64,000 bases of DNA from Planctomycetota bacterium (GCA_965223265.1 OZ244999.1:5152001-5216000); one strand, 5' to 3'; positions 48,901 through 58,761 are shown, counted from the stretch's first letter. A program made the numbers and translations. Notes: a model not told the origin generated them from the letters alone.

Positions 48901-50532
48901 GAGCAGCTCAACACGCAGCTTCTTCACTCCAACCGCCTCGTTCCAGCGACTCTCGTCTTCGAGGAGTCCGAAATCTTTTACGAAGTAGGAGTTCGCTATC
49001 AAGGCAGTCCGTGGGGTCGCGCTGGGCGCGACATGTTCCGAGTCCGCCTGCCAGGTGACCGCCGCTTACGCGGCGAAACGAAGAGAATCAACATCAAAGA
49101 GCAGAACAGCCAAGAACAGGGCACCGCACGTCAACTATTCTTCAAGGGATCCGTGCCCGGGGCGATCGTACCGATATCGCCTCGCTACGAATACGGCACG
49201 GTCCGTATCAATAATCCTTCCCAGGATATGGAAACGAAGGGGATCATTCGCCCCATCGATAAAGACTACGTTGCCTTCAACTGGCCGGAAGATGCGGAGG
49301 GCACGGGCTGGAAAATTGCCGGCAAAATTGCATTCGACGACGACGGCTCAATGTCGGGCGCCGAAGGAGCTTTCTTTCGCCTCTATCGGGACGGCCCCTA
49401 CCCAGGCGTCGACCATTTCGAAAACCTGCGCCACTACTTCGAGCCTAGGGTGCGGAAGGACGAGGACCGATTCGCAGAACTCGTTCGATTGCTCCAAGCA
49501 ATGGATCAGCGCGCTACGCCCGATTCGGAATACGAGGCGACTCTGGAAGACATCATGAACGTCGAGTCGTGGTTGCGAACGTTTCTCCTGCGGCTGCTAC
49601 TCGCGGACACCGACACGATCGGCACGGTCGGTTCAGGGGGCGGAAAAAACGCGTATCTGTACTACGCTCCCGTCGAGGAGCGACTCTATCTTATCCCGTG
49701 GGATCCCGACTTCTCTTTCGGCAATTCAGATCACGAACTGACGCCCCCCGGAGACCGGCGGTGGGGGCTTACCCGCATTTTCACGCGACCGAAGTATCGA
49801 CGCCTCTACGGGCGTCTGCTCCACGAATATGTCCACGGCGCGTTCTCACGAGAATACGTTCAGCGCTGGACCGATCTGGTCAGCGAGACAACCGACGCCG
49901 TCAGCGTTGGCCCAGCAAACGGCGCGGTGAATTTCACGGCGGCCAGAGGCGCCCGTGTCCTCGACTTCCTCGGCGATGCGGCAACGGCAGCCCTCTCGAT
50001 CACGACGCCCTCCCCGTTCACGGCAACGTCGACGTCGGCGGTGATCGCGGGGACGGCGCCGCTCACGGCCGCGACGCTACAGATCAGTACCAACAACGCG
50101 CCTTTCGAGCCGTTCGAGCCAGAATGGATTGGCCCCCCGCAGGCCATTCCGTGGCGGTGGCAACACCAGTTGACGCAGCTTCGCAGCGGCGAAAACACCA
50201 TCCGCATTGCAGCCTTCGAGCCGGATGGCGCGACAATCGACGTGGCGGCGATCACCGTCCGTCTGGTCGACCGTGAAGCCGACTTTCTCCGTGGAGACGT
50301 CAACGGAGACGGCACCCTCGACCTGAGCGATCCTGTCGAGATTCTCAACTACCTGTTTCGCGAAACTGCCCTTACTTGCCTCGACGCGGCAGATGTCAAC
50401 GACGACGGACGCCTCAACGTTTCGGATCCGATCCGCGTCGTCCTGCATCTTTTCGCCGGCGGTCCGTCACCGCCAACACCGTTTCCTGACGTTGGGGCCG
50501 ACCCCACCGAAGATGCTCTCCGTTGTTTCTGA
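45916..50532 (+). CDS. Secreted lamin-tail-domain + CotH kinase + dockerin-like protein
   Basis: Three LTDs (ITEVFYHP..EFVELFN; INEV..VELMN; INEIMFHP..EYIELLN), CotH core (KNAYLY...LIPWDPDFSFG), C-terminal FLRGDVNGDG..DLSD. Start 45916 or 45955. Confidence 0.88.
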   Translation: MPDHPSTNAKRRPMLRAALFLSTLLVSGTTPLMALRITEVFYHPAATEDPQQILEFVELFNDSSVGVDLGGAYFSSGIDFVFPEGTFLSAQSYLVVCRDAEAVGRRYGIDNVIGNFARRLSDGGERLEVLTHAGAPLASIRYRDRGDWPVAPDGAGYSLSLRRPHSDGQRVSDWAVSREVGGTPGEENFPPTETIDTVLIAANGPDAHWLLRKGRDPESGRPAEFSNPPDAWYQLDFDASQWEAVEAPVGYNAPGIATELNDMRRQYLAFALRREFELTPEAIDEAERLVLSLRVDDGAVAYVNGETVATFNLDLAPGEVVSATTRARVARNMEDGEITFELPRELFRAGVNVVGVQVHNAGAGSDDAGVSVSLVSHRQPDSEPPAAVAINEVIVAATDSQRRVELMNLTSVPVDLSGYELSDDPGGSTGFRFAAGTTIAANGFLTLTETELGFELGEDRIRLFLHDATGRLVDAMQQDGAPTTAPSQSHARFPDGVGGWWVSTQPTPNEANRVDLERSVVINEIMFHPRQIDQNGQLIQDTSFAEYIELLNVSDRRVSLDGFRFDAGIQFAFGAEHEMAPGEYLVVARRPEWVRQTYQLTPQQVVGPPSDASAEEIERFGRLSNRGEALRLVDPFGNTVDEVSYADEGDWDEFADHGGSSLELIDPLHDNSFPHAWTASDESAGASWTEIDYTAPLTFPSPGPPEFELHLYLIARGECLIDAVSVVADDGEELVPNGSFEGDDDSPEVGTGTEPWRLWGTHDASFRTTQESSEGSASLHLVALGSGNNKANRLEVDLPTVEGASQVRIRLAARWLAGSNMLHISGHNNAYGRTVALSLPPRMGTPGRENRATRQLLDRRGDTNLGPVVKDVRHDPAVPNAGSQIAVTAHVVDGDGIDRVELVYTIDGTETPARLPMLDDGANRDGVAGDGIFGVIIGSLQDNTIVDFWIETEDSARAVHAYPWNAPQRTLNFIVAPPLESSVLRYRLVMNQASREQLNTQLLHSNRLVPATLVFEESEIFYEVGVRYQGSPWGRAGRDMFRVRLPGDRRLRGETKRINIKEQNSQEQGTARQLFFKGSVPGAIVPISPRYEYGTVRINNPSQDMETKGIIRPIDKDYVAFNWPEDAEGTGWKIAGKIAFDDDGSMSGAEGAFFRLYRDGPYPGVDHFENLRHYFEPRVRKDEDRFAELVRLLQAMDQRATPDSEYEATLEDIMNVESWLRTFLLRLLLADTDTIGTVGSGGGKNAYLYYAPVEERLYLIPWDPDFSFGNSDHELTPPGDRRWGLTRIFTRPKYRRLYGRLLHEYVHGAFSREYVQRWTDLVSETTDAVSVGPANGAVNFTAARGARVLDFLGDAATAALSITTPSPFTATSTSAVIAGTAPLTAATLQISTNNAPFEPFEPEWIGPPQAIPWRWQHQLTQLRSGENTIRIAAFEPDGATIDVAAITVRLVDREADFLRGDVNGDGTLDLSDPVEILNYLFRETALTCLDAADVNDDGRLNVSDPIRVVLHLFAGGPSPPTPFPDVGADPTEDALRCF

Positions 50533-50674
50533 AGTCGCGCACCTACGACGGTCAGGGGTACTTGGGCAGATCGATATAATCGATATCGATGCGCACGAAA
50601 CGTGGCGCGGGAGCACAACAGAACCGCGCCCATGCTCACCCGTCTCTCCCACCACGACAGAACCTGAGAGTTGT

Positions 50675-51451
50675 TCACGCTTTCTTTTCGAACACGCCGA
50701 TCAACGAAATCCCGAGCGGGAATGGATTGATTCGATCCGCGAGGCGCGACAGCCCGACGCCGTAGCGTGCGTACAGCTTGACTTGACCGGACGGCAACAT
50801 CGAGCGCTTCAGCACTTTACAGTTGAGCCACCAACCGAACGTGCCAACTGGATTGAAATAGCGCAAGCGGGAAGTCACCAGTCCCGCGTCCTCAGCCACG
50901 GCACGCAGCCGCGCTCGGGAGTATCTGCGGAAGTGGGACAGGTTCTCGTCGAGTGAACCGAACAGGAAGGGATGAGCCGGTACAAGAATCAGCGCCACGC
51001 CACCAGGACGTAGAAGGCTCTCGACGTGCCGCATGACGGCACCGTCGTCCTCGATGTGCTCGAGAACGTTCGTCGAAAAGACGAAGTCAAACCCTGCTTC
51101 AGCGCTGGTAAAACGCTCCGGGCAATACGTCGCGGCGTCCGCCACAACTGCTTCGAGTCGCGAGTCATCGATTTCGCGCCGCAGCCGATCGACGTAGGCA
51201 CTCTCTAGATCCACCGCGTGGACAAACGAGATACCCGAGTGCCGCAACAGGATTCGTGTTAGATTACCGATGCCGCAGCCGACCTCAAGTACCCGGCCGG
51301 CGAACGGTCGAGGCGACAGGGCCACGAGTCGCGAAAAAAGAAACTCCGAATAGGAGTCGCTCTCGCTGAGCAATTCCAGCGTCGCCTCGCCAATCGCATC
51401 GGTGGCCTGCTGCGGCGTCGCGGCAGGCTCGCTCTCTGTTCGGGAGGTCAT
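50675..51451 (-). CDS. Class I SAM-dependent methyltransferase
   Basis: VLEVGCGIG, FDFVFSTNVLEHIEDD, LRPGG...VPA...D..LSHFRRY. Confidence 0.9.
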   Translation of the reverse strand: MTSRTESEPAATPQQATDAIGEATLELLSESDSYSEFLFSRLVALSPRPFAGRVLEVGCGIGNLTRILLRHSGISFVHAVDLESAYVDRLRREIDDSRLEAVVADAATYCPERFTSAEAGFDFVFSTNVLEHIEDDGAVMRHVESLLRPGGVALILVPAHPFLFGSLDENLSHFRRYSRARLRAVAEDAGLVTSRLRYFNPVGTFGWWLNCKVLKRSMLPSGQVKLYARYGVGLSRLADRINPFPLGISLIGVFEKKA

Positions 51452-51867
51452 GTTCCCGATTCCTCCGATTCAAGGTCGAGGGCATCATCGGACGCGTCTT
51501 CTTCGACATCCGACGACTCGGGGACCTCCTCCATCGCCTCCTCATCCTCAATCGGCACCGTATCCTCAATCGGCACCGTGCGGCGACGCAGAGGTAAGCC
51601 ATCGGTGCGGGACGCACGGTCGGCGAGCTGTTCGACGCGCCGCGAAAGCGAATCGATCCTACGCAGGATCTCGCCACGCGACCGCTTCACTTCCTCGACG
51701 CTTCGAGAAAGCCGCGACAACGTTGCATCAAGATCGTCGAGTTTTGCTACAGCGCTGCCGTCGCCATTGCTACCGTTTTCCTCATCGACCCCTTGCGAGA
51801 CCAAGAGAAAGGTTGCCGCATTGAGAAACAGAACGACCACGAGCAGAGTAAGAAGCAACTTCGCCAT
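51448..51867 (-). CDS. Small membrane-anchored coiled-coil protein with acidic tail
   Basis: N-terminal TM, heptads, ATGA overlap with the methyltransferase, 18-bp duplication encoding TVPIED twice. Confidence 0.65.
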   Translation of the reverse strand: MAKLLLTLLVVVLFLNAATFLLVSQGVDEENGSNGDGSAVAKLDDLDATLSRLSRSVEEVKRSRGEILRRIDSLSRRVEQLADRASRTDGLPLRRRTVPIEDTVPIEDEEAMEEVPESSDVEEDASDDALDLESEESGT

Positions 51868-51938
51868 CTCGGCCGACTCCAAAAAAAAGCCTCGGCATAG
51901 TATCGGCAGATGGTCCTCTACCGCTGCAGTCGACGTTG

Positions 51939-53465
51939 CTATCGAAGCTCAAAGCGGTGGAGGCGCGAACGAAAAGCCGGCACGAACGCCGCGATCAATA
52001 CCACGTCAAAAACGACGACAAGTCCGATAAGACCGGCGGCGGAGCTACCCCCGACCACAAACGCTAAGACGTGAAGGAACACGACGCCACCGATCGACCC
52101 AAGCGTAGCCAAGACAGCGTGAACAGCGCTCGACGCGCGGATCGAGAAAAAAATCGTAACGTAGACGACGACAAAGAGCCCGACGTACGAGTAGAGAAAG
52201 CAGCACATGGTGAACGGGATGATGAGAAAGACTCTCATGGCGATCGATCCGAGTGCAACCGATGACCAGATTTTCGCTGGCAAGAGAAGGCTGTACATCG
52301 CCGTCGGCACGATGAGAGCCCAAAAGAGCGCGTCCACTTTCCACAGGATCACTTCATCGCGCGTGTATGGCGTCGCTAGGAGGAGCTCAAGCGTCCGCTC
52401 CGTACGCTCCTCCATCCACATCTGCGCCGACACCAGACAGGCCCAAAGGAAGGTCCATGCCATGACGACAAAACCGATCAGCGCGACGGCATCGCGCGCC
52501 GGCTGCTGCATGAAGAACGTGTCCCAAACCTCAAAGCCGATCGCGAGAACGCAGGTCGCGCTCAGAGCGAAGGCCTTCGGAACACCCAGAAGCGGATCAA
52601 ATCGCTTCAGTACCAGCCAACTGATCGGGTTACCGACGATCGGTTTGAACTCTGCCACTTTCGCCGCCTTGAGCTGACTCCGACCTGGGCTCAAATCCGC
52701 ACCGCTCACGAGCGTTCTTCTGGCGAGCCAGACAAAGACAGCCGCGCAGAGCAGAAGCCCGACGTTCAAGATCAACCAGTTTCCGCTCGCCCCCCAACGA
52801 TTTCCTCCTTCCACCGAATGCATCGACCAGGTCCACGGCAGTGCATGTTCGGTCAATCTCTTCATCGCGACCGCAGGGCTCCACGCCAGCCAAGGCAGTG
52901 CCTGCACGCGTTCGACGACGTAAAGACTCACCAGCTGCGGCAAGCCGATGATGAGGAAGCTGAGGAGAAGAGACATTTCTCTCTTCTTGACGACACTGCT
53001 CGCCAGAAGAGAAAACGCACCATAAAAGACCGTCAGCGAGACGAGCAAACCGGAGAACTGAAACATCTGGATCTTGCCGACGCCACCGAAGCTCATGATC
53101 GCGACGAAGAGCGGTAGGCACGCGCAAAGATTCGCAAGGACGACGAGCACGCGTGAGCCAAGAATACCGCGCAGGATCGCCCCCACGGACGTATCGGCCA
53201 GCACGAGAACCGACAACGTGTTAGACTGCCACTCCTCTGCGAGCACTCCCGAGACAAGCAGAGACATGGCGGCGAACGTGAAGATGTTGAAGCCGACCAC
53301 AATCCATTCGAACGATTCGATGCCTGCCTGCGAACCGGAGTCGAGGGAAGACAGGACGAGAAGCAGGCCGCCTATGGCAAGAGGCGGAATCGATCGCAAG
53401 ACATAGAAACTCGCGGTCCGCCCAAGACGCAGCAACTCACGAAAGAGGACTTCGTTTCGTTCCAT
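51939..53465 (-). CDS. ABC-2 type transporter permease (duplicated domain)
   Basis: Many TM helices; LAEEWQSNTLSVLVL and EERTERTLELLLATP motifs. Confidence 0.8.
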   Translation of the reverse strand: MERNEVLFRELLRLGRTASFYVLRSIPPLAIGGLLLVLSSLDSGSQAGIESFEWIVVGFNIFTFAAMSLLVSGVLAEEWQSNTLSVLVLADTSVGAILRGILGSRVLVVLANLCACLPLFVAIMSFGGVGKIQMFQFSGLLVSLTVFYGAFSLLASSVVKKREMSLLLSFLIIGLPQLVSLYVVERVQALPWLAWSPAVAMKRLTEHALPWTWSMHSVEGGNRWGASGNWLILNVGLLLCAAVFVWLARRTLVSGADLSPGRSQLKAAKVAEFKPIVGNPISWLVLKRFDPLLGVPKAFALSATCVLAIGFEVWDTFFMQQPARDAVALIGFVVMAWTFLWACLVSAQMWMEERTERTLELLLATPYTRDEVILWKVDALFWALIVPTAMYSLLLPAKIWSSVALGSIAMRVFLIIPFTMCCFLYSYVGLFVVVYVTIFFSIRASSAVHAVLATLGSIGGVVFLHVLAFVVGGSSAAGLIGLVVVFDVVLIAAFVPAFRSRLHRFELR

Positions 53466-53681
53466 TCCACCAATCCGCTTCGCCGAGCGCCGCGCCGATC
53501 CAGCACTATAGCTTGCCGGGGCCAGGGACTACCCCGAAGAATGTTTTCTCTGGAGTGACGCAGCAATCGCGACAATAATCAGCCTCCCGCTATCGTACTC
53601 CGCGCGGGTCAAGCCGACAACGCGTCGTCCTCGGGGGTTGTCGATGCTCGCGTGACGCTGACAGAGGTGAACGCTGAAGAC

Positions 53682-54473
53682 ATGAAGGTGCTCGTTTTTC
53701 AGGACTCCGGCTCGGCAGCGAGAGCCGTGGCGCAAGAGATCGTGCAAAAACTGGCGAAGAAGTCAGATTTGGTGCTCGGGCTGGCGACCGGTTCGACCCC
53801 CATCGGTGTCTACGCTGAGCTGAGCCGATGGCATCGCGAAGAAGGCGTCGACTTTTCTGCCGTTCGAACTTTCAATCTTGACGAATACGTCGGCTTGCCA
53901 CCTTCCCACAAGCAGAGCTACCACCACTTCATGGAAGCGAATCTGTTCCGGCACGTCAACATTTCGCCAGCGAACATCCATTTTCCTCCGACCGACTTTC
54001 CCAACCTCGAAGCGAAGTGCGAAGCGTTCGAGCAAAAGATCGACGACTGCGGCGGCATCGACATCCAGATCCTCGGAATCGGCTCGAATGGCCACATCGG
54101 CTTCAACGAACCGACTTCCTCACTCGCGTCGCGAACCCGCATCAAGACTCTGACGCGAAAGACGCTCGAGGACAATTCCCGGTTTTACGGCCCGGACGAG
54201 CAGCCCCCGCACCTCGCCGTTACGATGGGGATCGGAACGATTCTACGCGCCAGGCGCATCCTGCTGCAGGCGTTCGGTTCGCGCAAAGCAGAAGCGGTTC
54301 GTGCGGGCATCGAGCGGCCGATCTCGTCATTCTGGCCGGGAAGCGCGCTGCAGCTCCATCCCGACACAACGTTCTTCCTCGACAATGAGTCGGCCTCGAA
54401 GCTGACGCTCCGAGAGTACTACCAGGCAGCGCAGGAGAACGATCGCCGTTTACGCCTCGAGAATCTCCTCTAG
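53682..54473 (+). CDS. nagB: Glucosamine-6-phosphate deaminase
   Basis: VLGLATGSTP, TFNLDEYVGL, GGIDIQILGIGSNGHIGFNEP, TMGIGTIL, SALQLHP. Confidence 0.96.
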   Translation: MKVLVFQDSGSAARAVAQEIVQKLAKKSDLVLGLATGSTPIGVYAELSRWHREEGVDFSAVRTFNLDEYVGLPPSHKQSYHHFMEANLFRHVNISPANIHFPPTDFPNLEAKCEAFEQKIDDCGGIDIQILGIGSNGHIGFNEPTSSLASRTRIKTLTRKTLEDNSRFYGPDEQPPHLAVTMGIGTILRARRILLQAFGSRKAEAVRAGIERPISSFWPGSALQLHPDTTFFLDNESASKLTLREYYQAAQENDRRLRLENLL

Positions 54474-54490
54474 CCGTGGACCCGACTGCA

Positions 54491-56449
54491 TCAACATGAC
54501 GTGTAGTCGGTGCAGGTGAGATCGGTCGGCGTGGGCTCGTCATCGCAGGTGTCGACCGGTGGTAGCAGTACAAAGCCGCTCCTGAACAGAAAGTTCAGGG
54601 TGAAGATCGGGTCACTGACGTCCATGACCGCGTCGCTATTCGAATCGCAAGCGTCTTCGCACGTGATGACTCCGACGCCGACGAAGAGGCTGTTGACGAG
54701 AAAAATCGCATCCGAGATGTCGACCACGCCATCGTCGTTGCAATCAGCGCGACGGAATGGATTCTGCTCTGGCCGCCCGTCGTTGGGCGATCCGATGCTG
54801 GGCCGCTCGTCGAGCGCGTAATCGCTGACCAGGTCACCGTCGCCGTCGTACGCGATACTAGATCCGTCGCTACGACCGCTCACATCTACTGACGCTCCAG
54901 CCATCCAGGCACCGACGGCGGCGGCCTGCGCGCCTTGCGTACTGTCGTGACCACCCCAGCTCACGTAATCGACCAAGTTTCGAGCCAGAGAGTTGTCCGT
55001 TCCAACGTAGAGAGCAATGCTCCCCGCGTCGGCGTGGATCTCCTCGATCGGCCCCGTAAACACCGTGTTGCCGCCAAGATTCGGCAAGCTCTGGTTCCAG
55101 CCGATCACGCCGACCCCCAGCGGATCGAGCACAAATTGGGTGTCGACCACGAAGCAGTGCGCAGCGCCGGCTCCAGGAGTCTCCAGGCAGATCGAGTATC
55201 CGGTGAGGTGAAGCTCCTGGTTTTCGAGGTTGAGGAGCTCCACGGCCCCATTACTCCCAGCGTCCCCGAGTGGGTCGATCAGAATTTCGTTGATCACGAT
55301 AGGACGTCGCGGTGGTGTGTCGTTCTCCTCGCCAATCGTCCCGGTGTTGTCGACGAGCCAGCGGGTTGACCCGAACTGCGGTACGGCACCCACGGGCGCC
55401 ACCGCGAACGATCCCGCCGGCAGCCGCGACGCCGCGTCAACGAATCCGTTGTTGTTCCAGATCCCGGCGGCGACTGCGGAGCCCTGATGCGACGACGGTG
55501 CACCCCACGCTACGAAGTCCAACACGCTTGTCGGATCTGTGAGGTCTGCGGAGGCATGAAGCGACACCGCCCCCTGAGCACCCGCTGCCCACTCCACCTC
55601 CGGGCCAGTGTAGACGTTCGTATCGGAGGTGGGCCCGTTGATGCCAAAGTGGATCACCAGAATCTCGCCCGGCAACATCACCGTGGCCGCAGGAATCTCG
55701 AACCGTGCTTCCCCGTCGAGCGCGATCCAGCGTCCCGACAAATCTTCGGGAGAGCCGCCGTCGAGTCGCAGCTCGATCGCGACATGTGGCGGGTCCGGGC
55801 CGAACTCGACAAAGCCGACTTCATTGAGCCGCACCTCGCTTTGGACGAATGACACATCGCACGTATCGTTGTTCTGGCCAAGCGTTGGAGAGCCGTCAAC
55901 ACACCAGTCAATGGCGCGATCACCGGAGCCGTCGTAGGAAATCGAGGCTCCCTCGCGTGCCGACGAGACGTCGACGAAAGAGCCTTCAGTCCACTCGCCG
56001 GCGCTGACTGCGACATCCTCGCCGATCTGCCCTGAAGCACCCCACTGGGCAAAGTCGACCAAAGCGTTCGGATCCGCGAACAGTTGGTCTGCATAGAGAC
56101 CGATCGAGTCTACAGCACCGAGGCTTCGCATGCCGGAGACCCCGGTATAGAATTCCACAGCCGAATTGGTACCCGCACGATTCAAGTGAACCATGACGCG
56201 GCCCCCTGGCGGCACCGTCACGCCAGCGGGGAATTGCCACCGCGCAGGTGGCCAATAGATCCAGAACCCAGCGCCCATGTTCACTGTCTGGTTGCCGACG
56301 TTCTTGAACTCAACGACCTGTTGACCGTGATCGACGCCTGCGGGATCGAAAAGGATCTCGTTGAAGACAAGTTGAGCTTCCAACGAAGCTACAAAAGACA
56401 CATGAATGGCAAAAACAAAGATAGAGCCGGCCCACCAACGCTTTTTCAC
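54491..56449 (-). CDS. Secreted triple lamin-tail-domain protein with C-terminal dockerin-like domain
   Basis: GTG 56449 with GAGGAG RBS, signal peptide, three repeats (xNEI..DP...VE..N...VDF..WG), FRRADCNDDG.VDISD. Confidence 0.82.
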   Translation of the reverse strand: MKKRWWAGSIFVFAIHVSFVASLEAQLVFNEILFDPAGVDHGQQVVEFKNVGNQTVNMGAGFWIYWPPARWQFPAGVTVPPGGRVMVHLNRAGTNSAVEFYTGVSGMRSLGAVDSIGLYADQLFADPNALVDFAQWGASGQIGEDVAVSAGEWTEGSFVDVSSAREGASISYDGSGDRAIDWCVDGSPTLGQNNDTCDVSFVQSEVRLNEVGFVEFGPDPPHVAIELRLDGGSPEDLSGRWIALDGEARFEIPAATVMLPGEILVIHFGINGPTSDTNVYTGPEVEWAAGAQGAVSLHASADLTDPTSVLDFVAWGAPSSHQGSAVAAGIWNNNGFVDAASRLPAGSFAVAPVGAVPQFGSTRWLVDNTGTIGEENDTPPRRPIVINEILIDPLGDAGSNGAVELLNLENQELHLTGYSICLETPGAGAAHCFVVDTQFVLDPLGVGVIGWNQSLPNLGGNTVFTGPIEEIHADAGSIALYVGTDNSLARNLVDYVSWGGHDSTQGAQAAAVGAWMAGASVDVSGRSDGSSIAYDGDGDLVSDYALDERPSIGSPNDGRPEQNPFRRADCNDDGVVDISDAIFLVNSLFVGVGVITCEDACDSNSDAVMDVSDPIFTLNFLFRSGFVLLPPVDTCDDEPTPTDLTCTDYTSC

Positions 56450-56905
56450 CTGATTCTCCTCGATTGGAATTCGAACCGTGCAGTTCATCGAAACTCGAGA
56501 CAGGCTACGAGATCGCCCGGTAGCGCTCGCGACCACCACGCCTGTGGGAAAACCCGTCGTTCGAGATTTCGAACCCCGCGCGGACCCGACGCACCGCCCC
56601 AGCACTCAACCCTAACGCGTCAGGACCTGGAGGCCCATCGTACCCCTAAGAGCGCTCGAAGTGGGTGCGAAAAGACTAACCGGGCGCACGAAGATTCGAC
56701 GCCCGGTCGCCCCATGCGCGGCGCCGCCGAGGGCCAGGACCAGACGCCCCCCCCACTCGATTCCCGAACACGGGGCCACCAGTTCATTCGCAAAGGCGAA
56801 CGGCAAGAGTCGGAAGGCGTAGACAACGCCCCAGCTCCCCCGGACGAGATCGCGCGTCGCTCAGCCGGTGAGGTAACGCTCCCGGGCGCTCGACATCGCC
56901 CAAGC

Positions 56906-57961
56906 ATGGTGTGGGACGCTGCACAGCGCTACGTCCAGCCGCCCGTCTACGCCGCTCGACGTGCGCATCCAGCCACGTTCGTCGCACTGACGCTGTTAGC
57001 GAGCGGCTGCGGCAGCCCCGGGGCGGATGACAACGCTCAGCTGCAGGCCGAATCGCCACGCTCCCTCCTACGCCTGGTGCGCATCGACTACCTGAGCGCC
57101 GTGGGATGGCACTCTCTCGACGTCGACGTCGACGTCGGCGCAGCTAACCTCAAGGCCACAGCGAAGGGTCTGTGGCCACTCGTCGTCGCGTCTGAGTCGG
57201 CATCGGCGGTCGACCTGAGTCGTTCAAACGCGACCGCGACGCCGTGCTGGAAGTTTCACTTCTCGTTCTCCGGCAAGCGCCGCGAGCGAGCGCAGCAGAC
57301 GACTCTTGTCGTTCCGTGCGACGACGCTGTCGCCACGTGGTTTCAACCGACCGAAGACGAGAAAAGACTCGACGTCGAAGGCACGAGATTTCCCGTCGAC
57401 GTGACGCCGTTTCGCGCTGAACTGGAGCGCGAAGCTTTTCGCGCACTGAGCCGCAGCACACGCCCACCCCGCGCCCCAGCACTTTGGCAAACTCTGGCGC
57501 TGGCAAGATTCCTTCGCTCTTCAATCGCAGAGCCGAGGCTGCTCTATGCTCAGCTGGTCCAGCACCTCTATCGGGTGAAAAACACGACGGAGGCCGCTCA
57601 CGTCGCGGCCGAGCTGGTTCAGTTCGCGAGCTGGCTCGAGCCAAGCGCTGCTGCGGCCGCGCGCCACGCGCGATTCGTGCCGCAGCAACTCCCCGCCCTC
57701 GTGCAGCAGGCGCAAGCCGGTGACAGGGATGCGGTGGACGAGATCCTAGTGCTCGCACTTGAATACGCAGGAGATTTGACCTGCTTCGACCGAGCTGTTC
57801 GCGTCCTCTTTCCGCGAGGTCTGAACGCCGCACTCGACGCAAGGTTTCCGCCGACACAGGACGAGTCGACGACGCCTCGTCTCATCCACACACTACAGGG
57901 ACATCTCATGGACGCCGTTTATGTGGCAGACGAGACCGCTTGGAAGGTCGAGATCAAATGA
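56906..57961 (+). CDS. Hypothetical lipoprotein
   Basis: Lipobox LASGC after a hydrophobic stretch and ATGA overlap with tatD. Start uncertain. Confidence 0.6.
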   Translation: MVWDAAQRYVQPPVYAARRAHPATFVALTLLASGCGSPGADDNAQLQAESPRSLLRLVRIDYLSAVGWHSLDVDVDVGAANLKATAKGLWPLVVASESASAVDLSRSNATATPCWKFHFSFSGKRRERAQQTTLVVPCDDAVATWFQPTEDEKRLDVEGTRFPVDVTPFRAELEREAFRALSRSTRPPRAPALWQTLALARFLRSSIAEPRLLYAQLVQHLYRVKNTTEAAHVAAELVQFASWLEPSAAAAARHARFVPQQLPALVQQAQAGDRDAVDEILVLALEYAGDLTCFDRAVRVLFPRGLNAALDARFPPTQDESTTPRLIHTLQGHLMDAVYVADETAWKVEIK

Positions 57962-58761
57962 TCGATTCACACGCACACCTCTATTTCGATCGTTTCGACG
58001 AAGACCGGAGCGAGACAATCGAGCGCGCACGGGAAAACGGTGTTACTGAGATCATCAATATCGGCATCGATTGCGATACGAGCCGCTGCTCGATCGAGCT
58101 CGCGCGCGAGTACCAGGGCTTCTTTGCTGCCGTCGGCATCCATCCGACGACTGAACTCGAGACCGAGCCCGCGCGACTCGAGGCAGCGGCGCGTGAGATC
58201 CGTGCACTGGCGCTTGAAAACAGGGAGCACGTCGTCGCGATCGGCGAAATCGGTCTCGACTACTACTGGAAAAACGTGCCACCGCAAGATCAGAAGCCCA
58301 AACTACAGCTTCAACTCGAGCTCGCGCGCGAACTCGAGTTACCCGTGATCTTTCACTGCCGAGACGCCCTGGGCGATCTGTTCACTCTCCTCGAAACCCA
58401 GCCGAGCCTCCCATCTGGCGGTGTGTTTCATTGCTTCGGGGGCGACGCGACAGATGCCGAACGGGCAGTCGGACTTGGCTTTCATGTCTCTTTCGCCGGC
58501 AACGTGACCTATCGGAACGCCAAGGAACTTCAGGACGCCGCACGGGTCGTCCCAGTCGAGCGCCTCCTGCTCGAGACCGACGCACCGTTTTTACCACCTC
58601 AGCCGCAGCGCGGCCGACGGAACGAACCGGGATTCTTGCCTCACACGGCGGCCTTTCTGGCCGATCTCAAAGGTGTGCCATTCGACACCCTCGTCGACTC
58701 AACCGAACGAGCCACTCGAGCTCTGTTCGGCCTGCCGGCACGTGGCATGGACGTGGGATGA
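57958..58761 (+). CDS. tatD: TatD family DNase
   Basis: MIDSHAHL, AVGIHP, AIGEIGLDYY, FHCRDA, VFHCF, LLETDAPFL.P...RG.RNEP. Confidence 0.95.
   Translation: MIDSHAHLYFDRFDEDRSETIERARENGVTEIINIGIDCDTSRCSIELAREYQGFFAAVGIHPTTELETEPARLEAAAREIRALALENREHVVAIGEIGLDYYWKNVPPQDQKPKLQLQLELARELELPVIFHCRDALGDLFTLLETQPSLPSGGVFHCFGGDATDAERAVGLGFHVSFAGNVTYRNAKELQDAARVVPVERLLLETDAPFLPPQPQRGRRNEPGFLPHTAAFLADLKGVPFDTLVDSTERATRALFGLPARGMDVG

Noticed and set aside
56084-56905. N-terminal 270 aa of ORF 56084-57961
   Set aside because: Overlaps the opposite-strand LTD gene and has non-protein-like composition. The lipobox points to a start near 56906 or later.
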